NCBI GenBank assembly: GCA_000934665.2
Contig: KZ537986.1
Coordinates: forward strand, 1-64,000
Direction: 5' to 3'
Source of the DNA: Catajapyx aquilonaris
Lineage: Eukaryota
Length of the DNA: 64,000 nt
In this document: piece after piece, positions 13,441 through 25,800 of the stretch
Position numbering within the stretch: the stretch's first letter is position 1
Layout: every line of letters starts with the position of its first letter
Program-made: the position numbers and the translations under genes
Notes under the pieces: generated by a model
Seen by the model: the letters and a program-made list of their open reading frames with translations, nothing else
The model's database searches: none
What the model was told of the DNA's origin: nothing

Positions 13441-13530
13441 CTCGGCGCGTGACCTGAGGGCTGGATTACGCTCAAAACACCAAAAAGAAGCACGTACCTG
13501 AAACAAGAGGAGACAGTTCGTTAGTGTTAG
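13441..13530 (-). other. Candidate recursive splice site with a 57-nt cryptic exon or micro-exon (13497-13441)
   Basis: The minus strand reads CACTAAC-ACTAAC-GAACTGTCTCCTCTTGTTTCAG|GTACGT, and 57 nt after the junction comes GAG|GTAAGG. There is a tandem branch-point motif, and no AG lies between branch point and acceptor. Confidence 0.65.
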
Positions 13531-16500
13531 TGAGCAGCAAGGTATTACTAGAGGTTAAGATGTATCTTCCAGGAGAAAAATAAAAATAAAAAAAATAGCA
13601 TGAAACAAACCAGGAACGAAGTGCAACCTGTCAAACAACTGGAGCAGATACTTTCTCAAATTCCCCGTCACAATCACTAGGTGGGTAACATCCGTCTGTT
13701 CTATGAAAGAGCTATGTAAGAGACTGCGATTGACCTGAAGGAATCTGCCAAATTGAGTCTGAATAAGGACAGACTTTCTCTGCCATTTCATTGCATCCTA
13801 TGGAAGCGGCCATTTCGCAACTGGCCTGAGCAACGAGCTTAGCCGAAGCAGTTGGTAGTGCACTCTATCCTTAATTACCGTCATGACTAACTACACGTTA
13901 AAAATCCAGCAATTTGAATTCGAATACTGGCCAGGCAGCGGTGGTGCCAAATGCGCAGGAGAATACTGGCGACACGAGTCTCCCGACAGCCTTTACCTAA
14001 CTCTCTCGTTTTGCCAACCCAAAATCACCTTCCAGCCCCCCCCCCCGAGCGACGATCCCCCTTATTTCCCTCCAGCTTTTGCTTCTCCCAACGTACCGGA
14101 AACTTTCCCTTCCAACCACCCTCACACCCCCCTGCAAGCCATAGCTTAGGAATCCTACACCCATGGAAAGATTAACACCATTCTAAACAATCCCGTGAGG
14201 ATTTATATTTGGCTTGGGGCCCACTAAATCACCCTAATTAACTGGGATACGCGCGCCGAGTCGCGGCATGAATCAACCTGGCCTCTCATTGCGGTCGGCA
14301 CTCGAGTACGGAATCGGGAGTTAGTTGGAGGGAGAGAAGGGAGGGAAAAAGAGAAGAGAGGAGAAAAGCACAAGCAACCCTTTTCGTTGAGATGGCTTGC
14401 TTATACCAGCACCACCCAGGGCACCAACCATCAACCGTATACTGTTCAGCCGAACAAAGTTCCGGATACTTGCATGCGTCAGTAACCGCCGTTCAAAGAG
14501 CCATAACTGCATGTTATTCTTCCTCAACTGCCTCAACCTAACTCGATTTTTTCGATAGCTGCCGCCACATTTCCGCACCTCCTTGGGAGGTGGTGCCGGT
14601 GTCGTGACTCAGGTCCATTTTCACGTGCAATGTTTTTCTCGCCTCTAAAAACGTCCAGTTTCTTTTCCCAGCACCCCGCAAGAATGGTCGGTGGGCGGAA
14701 GAAGTCCCCGGCAGGAAGAATCGCCCAGTCACTTAGGAGGACCATTAGACGGTCCCCCGGTCCCTGCAAGCGATCGCTTCCTTCCTTCCTGGCATCCTTC
14801 CTTCCTTCCTTTCCATCCCTATACCCTATATTCTTCCCCGCTACCTCCTCCACCCCCAATCAATTACGGCAACGGAAAAACCCAACGGCATTTCAATACG
14901 GCGACTCTCCTCCTTTCAAAGTGATTTCCACGGCCAGACTCGCCTACTTTTTTTCTCTTCTTGCACCAGCCGCGACGCCATGCTCCTATTAACTGGACAC
15001 GATTGACCATTAAAGAGAGCCGACAGTAAAAATAAACTGCGTTGCAGAGAGTGGTAGCCGGGGAATGGGAGGTGGAGGGCGGGGAGGGAGGGAGGGATGG
15101 GCGTGGGAGGGATTTTCAAAAGACGAGGACTCCGAGTGGGTGAGGGAATCACTGGAATCGGAAAGCTTTTAGCATAAAACGGTCATAGGGGACGGCTCTT
15201 TATTCGGTATTAACAAATGGAATGGCCTCCTCTTTTTCCTCCCCCCTCCTTCGGGCACTCGGAGAGGACTCCGGATCCCTGTCGTGCCCATCCTTCACCA
15301 TGACACTCGCCTGCGACTACTAATATATTTTAGGGACCTTTCTAACGTAAGTCATGCAGACTCCTCCACGACTGACTGACTCTCAGGAGTGTATTTCTTG
15401 AAAATGCAGTGTGAACATGTCTTGCTGCTGCCCCGATTGCAACATTTCTACCCGGAGCGCTACAGTATTTCTACAGTAGGTTATGCATGCGTCAAGATAT
15501 TACTGCGTGGAAGAGCTATGAACAAAACTACATTAGGAAAGACCTCACAAATAGTGAGCTAGCTAACGTGTCACATAAAGTAATCCAAGTTTAGCAAGGA
15601 AACTTCTGTACATATTCATAAGATCATAAGTAAGCAGCTACATCTCCGGGCAGAAAACATTTCTTTCAATAATGGGACAAAAAGGAAGCCTACTAACAAT
15701 TGGTCTCTGGTAGGGAAGTTTGCCTTGGAAGAAAGGACCTTTGACTTCGTATACTAAAGTTTCCATTCTCGGATATTCCTGTCCTAGGTTGAACGGGCTA
15801 ATTAAATTCAGAGTAATATTACAGGTATGACTTTTGCTGCCCAAAGTAGCTGCTGTTAATCGACCTAACAGTAATGAAATACAGCTTAACTAAATCGTGA
15901 TATGTTGTGAGGGCAGTACTGTGCACCTTGTGAACTTACGTAGCTGTACGTGTGCCACCACCGCATACTTGTGAGAGTACGAGATTAACAAATCTTGCTG
16001 GGGGAGACCTGCAGCTAAATCAGATTGGCCCATTACTTCCAAAGCAGTTTATTTATCCGGGTCAATCTGGCGGAAACGAATCCCCCTTCCCACACCGATA
16101 GTTCAAGGCTTGCACACACAAAAAAAGGAGGGTTTGGGTAAGACCGGGCGGTCTCTAGACCTATGACCACCCTTGTGAAACTGCCTGGGAGGGGCAGGCA
16201 AGGGCCATTATTTCCCCGGAGCAACGCTGAATCACTTCAGAGACTGCTCAAGTGGAGTTTGCCAGTACTGCACAAGAGGGTGTATACTTAATATCCCAGC
16301 TCCCTCTCAGTCCACCCACCAAACCTTCTTACACTTGAGACCCGTCCAAAAACTTTTCGCCCGCTTCAGAAATGAAGCGGTCCACTTGCTCAGCACTCCC
16401 GAATGATTTACACCCCACCACAATTTCATTAGCATGATCATTATAACAGGAGAGCAGCGCCAGCCCATTATTTAGGCCTAATATGAATTATGACGATCTA

Positions 16501-19500
16501 TTGCCCCTCGATGTAGGTGCATCAAAGGATACACTGCGATACACAAATTGAGTATCGATTATCTTGTTATCTCCCTACAATGAGGGAGCAATCCATTCTC
16601 CGAGGTAATCGAAACACTCACAAATAGCGAATCAAATTAACGCCATCTATGACAACGGAACCATCCGTGCCGCCAATGAAACAATGCTGCTCTTCAACCG
16701 GAATTCTCCAGAGAAGTAAAATTAGATTGCCAGACTCAATTTATCAACTTCCAATATCTCCATCTCGTTCTTTTTTCTCGGAGGCACGAGAAAAAATTGG
16801 ATCATTTTCAGGCTAGTAAACAGACAAAGATCCAGAACCCTCTCGCGCAAAACCACCTTGACGTGAACAAAAGAAGGAATGGGGGAGGGGGGAAAAAACG
16901 TGTATCTATATCTCGCCAGCAACGTTCCGGGGGAGTAAATGACGACTTTATTAATGAAAGCGACGTGAATGCTTAAGCGGTGAGCACGAAGACGGTTTCA
17001 AGTTAGTTGAGCGAAACGGACAGATTTGTTACGAGGGGTTACGGCCAAGTTAAGTCCTCTCTTCCCCAGCAGAAACTGCGCCTTGAATCTCCGGGCTAAG
17101 GTGCGGAGACGACCGCATTCGTTACTCTATTTTTTTCATGCAGAAAAAAAGCAGTCTGCTCACTTCACCTAATAACTATTAAGTATGCGCCGAATTAAGC
17201 CATCTGACGATTTTTCATTTCTTCTCTCCCTCCCCCCGGAGCGCATAAAAAGATGAGGGAGCACACTAACTCTGAAATGTCTCGTGCGGACAAGGAGAAA
17301 CTATGCCGGGTAATTTGAATTTATTACTTCCTCCATTATGAGGGCATTAAGTACGATGGCTGCTTACTAAAGTGCCTTGTGTGGTTTCCGCGCCAGGGGA
17401 ATTTATTCCCCCTGTGTATTTGCGGATTCCGCACTGCTTCTGCAACCAGGTGCAAGAGGATGACTTACAACACCCAGCAGAATAAAAATGGGCGATACAA
17501 GTTAAGACCAAGGGATAGCTTCGCATCCAATATGCAGTATATTAAGCCTTGGTGACAACGACCCAGAGACGGTGCAGTAGCGAGCCGATCTGGGCTGGCC
17601 AGCAGACCTTCCTGTACCGCACGCTGGCTCTTTATCTACAAAACGGACCGAAATCCAGGCGTCGTATTGACCGACAAACCTCGTTAGCCATGCACAGACG
17701 TGAGTGTCTGCGTAAATTAATAATGCGCTGTATCCCCGCCTATGCTATTCCGCTTCCAAGAATAGGGCTACCCGACGGCTACTTTATTATTCCATCGTTT
17801 GAAATTAGCGTCCGTCTATGACAGGAGCACAAACTGGGCAAAATTTTTGCGAGTGGGCCTCACTCCTTTGTTGCCCAGCCAGGTATTTCCAGTGCTAAGG
17901 AATTATTGGCCAGCTCTGGACAAACAGCAGAACCAAAAATAAGGTTAACCGTAATTAAGGTTGTATCAAGTCAACACCTGCAATTTTGAGAGTATTTTTT
18001 CTCTCTACTAATGAAGCAAAAAATAATAATTTTTTAGGAAAACTTCATGCCTGCCTTGCCGAGCAATGACTGTAAACGGCGAACAAAAAGCAAACTTCAG
18101 ACGGGGAAAAAGTTCTTCCCATCCACAAACATGCATCGACATTCCTTGCTATCCTCCTAATTAATTTGAAAACATAAGTACAGCCGCCATCAGTACCCAT
18201 TTCCTGATTCAAAAACATTGTGCAGACGTCCTCAAAATCATTTACAGCAAAACCCCTGCCAGACCCTGGATCTGAAATCCCTGAATCAAAAATCACATGC
18301 CTTTGCAACTATCTAATCATTATCTATTTTTAAAAGGTATAATAAGAGTCCAGATGTAACAAATCCTTACGTGTAACTCAACAAATAGTCGCCTCGTTAC
18401 GAACCAAATTACGCCCTCCCGACAGGACATGCCCGTGAGTGCATCTCAAATGTTTCCAGGTCACCTCCGGGCCGGCCGCCCTTTGACATTTTGTCCCGAG
18501 CGATTACCGTCTCAGAAAATATCCCCCCGCATAGTTGCCCTCTCCTGTAGAGCGGTCTGGCTTAATTCGCCTGGCCATAGCAGCACTCCACAACTTCCCT
18601 TTTCGGAGATAGTCGGGCGTTGACGTCACCAGGCCCATCGCAATTCAAAAGTCAATAATTTTGCTGCTCCGTCCCACTAATCTTCTCGCCCTACTTGTCC
18701 CGCAAGGTAACCTATTATGCAACACTAATTACGAGAAGTTTACCGAAGCATCCACCGAAGAAGAAGAAAACGAAATGCAATCGAAAAACCGGAATCTGGC
18801 ACACAGGTACAGTGTTTTTTTTTTTCCTAGCTGGGTTTCCCTTATCACTTCCTGCAATCAGAAGGCGAGATTAAATATTTATTGAGTATCGACGCCTCAG
18901 TTATGGCGTGGAACGCGCAGCCGTGCTCTCAGCACCAATTAGGGCGCTTTGCCTGGCCTAAAACCGTTTTCCTCTGCGAAAAACAACTTACACCCAACCA
19001 AAATTGCCACCCACGTTGGCTAAGTGGTCGCAATCAATATGGTAAATGAGCGGCACATTACACACAGTATTCGTCAAATGTTTCGTAATGACGCTCCATC
19101 CAACCAGTTACCGAAATAATAATAAAGAAAAAAAATGCGTTTTCAAAATTCAGTTCCAAATTTCTAGGTTACAAACATCTGACGGGGGGTAAAATCCATC
19201 CGAGTTTAACGTGCAGTCATCACCGGCCATGCTGCTTCAGTGGTGACAGAGCAACATTAGTCATCTTTCTTATCTCCGTGGCAGTGACACATAGCAGGAT
19301 CTGTAATGTGACTGCCTTAAGCATAATCCATGCCTAAAGCCGTCACTCTCGCGGCAAAAAGGTCCAAATTCCAGGCTGTCATGGCAGAAGCAGTTGCAAG
19401 CAAACCCCCCCTTCCTATCCACGCGTGCACTTGGCCGCAGGTTTAAAATTCGGGCCTAATGACCGGTTTCTTTATCAAATTACCGCTGCGAGAGGAATGC

Positions 19501-22500
19501 CGTTCCGTTTCGGGAGCACTCTCAAAGCCGGTCTGACGGAACGGTAATGATATTCGGTAACATAGTTACCGGTAACAAAAACGGGGCCGGCAAAGTTACC
19601 GGTCCATGCCGCTGACCTCCGGCGACACAAGGCGGCAACTGAGAAGGTCGATTCTCTCAAATTCTCCCCCAAATTGATGCCCCGCTTTTGATTGGCTTAT
19701 TATGGGAACACCGAGTCAACTTAGGCCACGAGGCATTAGCGAGGGTCATACCTATTAGAAAGAAATGTCTTTTTGGTGAAATTTCATTGGACGAGATTCT
19801 TACACGGAACCTGAGAGTTGGAAGGATATGCCGTGAAGCGAAATTCAGGTCACCGACAAAATTCGCTGGCATTTCCAAGTCCGGCGGCCACTTCTGTTGT
19901 TCGTCCCACTCGCGCTGTTATGCCAAGATTTCTGGACGGAAAGTCATAAATCGGGCATGGGTGCCAGTAACCGGCATGGCGCCCACCCCCGCCGACTTCC
20001 TGCTGGAGCAAGTGGCGAATCTCCTTATACGTCATGAAGGGGGGAGGGAAAGGGGTGGAGAGAGTGGTGGTGGATGGAAGAGACGGGGGAGGGAGGTATA
20101 GGGAGGGAGGTGGGTGGGAAGCGGTCCTTTCTGCAAACATCCCCTACTCTGCGGCGAAAGAACACGGATCGGCCTCCCCCTCCAGTTTTGTCTGCCCGCC
20201 TCCCCCAACCAAGCTGAGCAAACACAGATAACCCGCTGCAAAGCGAGCTTTGTTTGATCATGCAAATGGCGGATTATGCCCGTTTGCATAAGTCAATAAT
20301 TGGCAGCTAGGCGCGGCCCCTTTGTAAAATCAATCAAAGGGGTTCAGAAGCTTTGTTGTTCCTACCTCGCACTCTTCCGCCCCCACTTACGCACCGCCAA
20401 AGGCAGGGCGACACACCCCGGGGGTCCTTATGTACTGGACCTGCGACTTGTGTGTGTGGTGTCAGCCTGTGTGTCGGTGTGTGCTCAACCGGACACGCTT
20501 ATGCTCTCTGTCTGTATTAATACTTCAGTGCACAGGAAAACCTGCTGGTGTAAACAACCGAGCTTGGGTCAGTATACCAACACCGGTGCTTGCTCTTATC
20601 GACTCGCCTGCATAGTACAAATTCTGGGAATGATGAGTGAGGGAATAATGATGGGGTTTACGCACACTGCGTATAGCAATTCCACTCACTCAGACTGCAA
20701 ATATTGATAGGAAAACTGCTGTACTTTGGGATATTGCCTGACGGTGCGCTCGATCTGGAGTACGATACGACACACCTCGCCTTCTTTGCCTATAGCCTTG
20801 AGTGGTGCCCAAGGAAAAGCTTGCAAAACTAACAAAGCACACACACATACACTGGGTGATCGAAAAGAATGTGCTCAATATGGTTAGTTAGATAAATTCA
20901 AGCAAGCTAGGCCATAATGCTACCTCGATATTGCACTACACCCTGTATGGCCCACCCCAATAATGTAATGCTCTCGGTCATTAAAAGATGGGTATCTAGA
21001 CGAAATCAAAAATTCCCCACGCATTTGTGGCCACCCTTTGCGGAGATAAAAAGGGCGATGTGAAGACGTCAAATTTTGCGTGAGCCAGGACGGCTTTGCC
21101 ACCAAGCCATATATCAATATTGTGCGGTCATTTTAGCGCTTTGTTTTGCTAATCACGCCACATCAGCCTTGTCACGGACGCAATTGGAATGTATGTGTGT
21201 TTTGCCTGGTGTAATCTGCAGACCGAATCCGGGGGCTTTCTCCAAAATTGGCCGTCGCATGCAAAATTCTCCGCAAGTTGCCCTACTAACAACTATCCGC
21301 GGTTGGTTTTGATAGTATCTGAAGTACGGAACAAGGGCTTGGAATACATATTTAACGAGTGTGTGTTTTGGTTTCTAGGCAGGTCGTTTACCCGCGAAGC
21401 CGGTAAGTATACTAACCTAACTGAGACGTCACCTCCACAGCTCAACACGGTTGGTGTTTAACGCCCTGAAAGGACACTGGCACCAAAAACACCAGCCGAG
21501 TGCCAGCCCAATGGCGGCGACAGGACCTGAAACTATGTACATGTCTTGCTTCCAGATCATCACTTGGTAACCCACGACACGTAATAACACGCAAATGTTG
21601 TCACCCTACACTGCATTATGCAGATTTGCTAATTTTTCAATCTAGCTAATTTCAAAAATCACCGCCGGGTCCAAATGCTGCTGAACTCTCCCACCACCCC
21701 GAAATCCAATTCCTCTCACTACTTATGATTTGAAACTAAATTCTGCCACTGTACGGCCATTACAGCCGCTGCAGTCCGTTTTCCACTGAACAACCGCACT
21801 GATGACATGTGTGCAGGTTAATATGGCTCTAATAACGTACGTTGTGGGAGAAGTTAATTATGGAAGCTCCACTTTCCAACTCGGAAAACAAAGCAGCTTG
21901 TGTTCCGCCATCTCATGGGATGGCTCAAAAATTACAATGCATTAGCAATTGCAGTTAGCTAATAGTTCATATATACTGCTTAACCGCACGTAGCACTAGC
22001 AATTTTTTCTGCGCATTTTTCCCTGTTTCGGGCAGCGTCCCCACCGGCTATCAAAACTTCCGCCTGGATTCATTTCCAACAGGAGGACTCACCTCCCCAC
22101 CCCCCGAAAAAAAAGAGAAAAAATCGGATTCTGGTATCGCCATAAAACCAGAAGCAATTGAACCCCGGCTGCCAACCAGGTTCGATACAACTGGTTTTTC
22201 CGGGAGTCCCAGGCTCCCCAAAGTGGACTCGGCGACGACGGCTTCCTTTTCGGAAGGTGGAGTGGAAGGGGAGAAAGCAGGGCAAGAGATGGGGTGCGGG
22301 GAGGAGTGGGCGGAGGGGAGGGGGAGGTTTAAAGAGTCCACAACTCTCAATTATTAGAGCTCTTGAAGAGCTTCCAAGGCATTATAAACAGGTACTTTGC
22401 ACGGTTAATGGGGAAAACCGAGCGGGGTGGCAGCAAAGCGGGGACCTGGTCTTTTCTCGCGGGGAGAATATTGTAATCGGACCCATTAGACCCAGGCTAA

Positions 22501-22678
22501 GAATAACCCGCCGCCGCTGGGTAATGACGAGTATCGTCTGCACTTTCCCAGAGTTATCCCGGTAGCAACCTGCTTAGCAAGCGAGCCTCCCCCGAAAATG
22601 CATGATCTCGCAAACAGTAATGATCCTTACTAAATTACTCCACACACAACACTCTGGGGGGAAGAGGGAGGGGGGGGG

Positions 22679-22816
22679 NNNNNNNNNNNNNNNNNNNNNN
22701 NNNNNNNNNNNNNNNNNNNNNNNNNNNNNNNNNNNNNNNNNNNNNNNNNNNNNNNNNNNNNNNNNNNNNNNNNNNNNNNNNNNNNNNNNNNNNNNNNNNN
22801 NNNNNNNNNNNNNNNN
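22679..22816. other. Assembly gap (138 N)
   Basis: Run of N immediately after a G-homopolymer, with more G-rich sequence downstream. Confidence 1.
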
Positions 22817-25800
22817 GATAAAGAAGAACCATTAAGCTACAAGGAGGGCGGGGGAAGAGTGAGGGAGGGGAAGAATTGGAGGGGAGAAGGGGGGGGGGGG
22901 AGAGGAGGCCTTAAGCTGTGCCTGAGATATATGGTGGTCGGACCGAATGTTAGCAAAATCCTACACGACCTGACTTGAAACATTGTAATTAGCGGCAATG
23001 GATAATAATGAAAGATGGAGAGGGTCCCGGTGGCCAAAGTGGCCGCACTTATTCACACAAGCAGGACTGGGGAAAGGGAAAAGAGGTGGGGGGAGGCTCA
23101 GGGAGGAAGGGGAATTAGCGACAATAGGGACGTGCAGAAAAAGAAAAGTTCTTTCCGAACACGATACCGTCTTAACGAGTGTCTTCAACGGAATACAGTA
23201 ACGACGGTAGTACCTCCCTAGCTGCATGTATATATTTTTATATCCCGTCTCCTCCTCGTTTTCTTCGAAATTATCCTACTTTAGAGCACATCTTTGATTT
23301 CCCTCCCATTTATCCGGTTTGAAAATCCTTTGAAGCAATGCATGGGGGAAGCCGTGGGTCCAATTTGGAAAAAAAGTAACACAGAAAGGGAGAGTCATGG
23401 TGAATGAGAAAGAAAGGGAAAAAAGGAAGAAAAAGGGAGAAAAAAACTCGTCTAACTCCCTCCACTCAAGAGCGAATAAGCTTTGGGGCTCCAAGTCATG
23501 CGCCCGCTTTTCAAATATGGCACTGGGAGAGAAACCCTGATTTTGCAGGGATTTGCCTATGTCGTCGCTTATAGGAGTTTTTGGCTGTGGGCCCCCAGAG
23601 CTCTGCCGGCTCCACTAACCTTTCAAGTTAAATAGTCCTCTACTTGAGCAGAAAAGTTTCGGCTATGGCGATAAGGGCGAGAGACGACTCTGAAAGAACA
23701 GCACGGCACACCCTTCTCCCCATCCTCCCACAACTGCTCTACATGCAAAATGGAAGGGAAATATAATCGCGACTCTGCTCGAAGCTTCGCCAGGTCTGAC
23801 CGATTATACTACGAATGATGTCAAATCAACCGCCTTCCCAGCCAGATTACATGTTTCGTAATCAGCGCCAGTCTCCGCCTAAATCACCGAAGGTCACTGC
23901 AGCACTCGACTGCAGCAGCAGCAGCACCATTCGAAGTGGGCTCAACTATCGAAAAGTGCCTAATGGAAATTTTCACAATAACTGTCCGCAATAAAACTTG
24001 ATTCACTTTGCGCACGACTTGCATGTTAGCAGAATTTCAATTCATTTTTTTCAGGCACATTAATAGCTTTCGTTGTTCAGTTTCTGACTGCCAAAAAATT
24101 AAGCGAGTCATTCCATATCATGCAAAGTAAAAAAATTAAAAATTAAAAGACAAGAACCTCGTGTATTTTTACGAGCTCTTTCAGTATAACACTTTAACCC
24201 CGAAAAATTCACCTGAGAGGCAGTGCGTCATCAAGTACTGCGTTTTATTGTTCCAAAGTGCTTGCACTCCTGCCATTTACGACTAGAACATTCCACTAGA
24301 GACGCCAAAGCAGTCATATCGCATCTGAATCTGGAGCTAATAATATTGTAGGCATTGTTACGCATTCTATGCGGCATTTTTAAATGTCAAAAAGCGTTAC
24401 GCTGTATTTGCGTGCCTTGTGCTGGGTGGACGCGTGCTTTGCATAACGCCATCCATTTATGCCATTTTTTTCTTACCCGCGCTGAATAATTCATCCGAAC
24501 ACCCAGTATGTGTCTCAATTTCGCTGTTGCCAACCATTAGCTTGACTGCAGCATCCGATGCTTCATTACGGTGCGACAAGGGCGCAAAATTCGATGGGCT
24601 ACACATGGCCGCATCAAGTGTCAATTTTTATCCCCGGACCGACAGGAATCACTCCCGAGGATGATGTGGGGAGGGGAGCAGGCCGGGAGAGAGGTGGCGA
24701 GGAATCCTCCGCATTAAAACATCGTTTCCATTCACTCCCGGCTCCCATTTGCAAAGCATCCAGGTGAGGCATTTTCCAATTCCCCCCCCCCCCCTCTCCT
24801 AAAATGATCGATGGTCCTTTTCCCTCCCACGCTCCAAAGCCTTCCTTCCGCCGCCCATATGTAACACGCATCCAAGAAGAATTACGCAACCGCTGCTGGA
24901 TATACCCCAAGTGGTGCTCCTAGCAGCGGCACCATCCTGCTTTTGGCAACCCTTCTCTCCCCATTACATTACATTCATAACCATCGTTCTGTTTATGGTC
25001 CTGCTATTACATTTTGAGGTCTGCCATTTCCTCTTCGACAATGAATCCCAATTAACGTTAACGGGACAATATGGAGAGGCGGGGCAGGGCAAAAAGAAGG
25101 AAAAAATTGCGAACGCACGTGTTCGCTCCCCTGCCGCTCGTGAACAAAATGTGTTTATTTTTACGGCCGGTTTGATGCTTCGTGGTGGGCGGAGCACGCC
25201 AAACATTGGAGGTTAATTCCCCGCCGACTCCGGTAAATACAGTTGGGAAGAGGATTACTTTTGCACCCAGTGCCGGCCTATTATCAAATCCACTATACTC
25301 CCCCGCAGTGGACTCGGAAAGCACTCGGTTTCTCCTCGCTGACAGCCCTGTTATTGGCCAGTAATACGACGGCTCCTCACAAAAGGGCCGAGGAGAAATT
25401 GATTTGTTCCAGGCTGGTCACCAAGCCACCATCAACTTCCCTCGAGCCTTCGACATACGCACAAAGGAGGGCCCTCCCAGCAGAGGCGGAAAGTGTCTCC
25501 GATCCATCACTCACCAATCAGCCACTTTCCGCAATAAAGATTTCCTGTCTCACGCGCCGAAAGACTTCTGGGTCGGGGAGATTAATGCCCCTGCTCTTCA
25601 AGACACCCGCGGCCGCATCCTTCCATGCAAAGTGTCAGCAGGTACAAGGACTCTCCTCCTTGTCCTACACCGGCATCACAATCGGATTACTCCCACTTCA
25701 GCCGGGGAAGTGAAACACCAACTTGATCGCAACCGCATCAAGGACAGATCTCCGATTGCAGATTAGACACTCCACAGAGAAAAAGGGGCCTGCAGTTCAA

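Noticed and set aside
23516..23935. Partial matches to miR-183/263-like (23516-23526) and miR-29/285-like (23923-23935) sequences
   Set aside because: Only 11-13 nt match, and there is no proper precursor hairpin.
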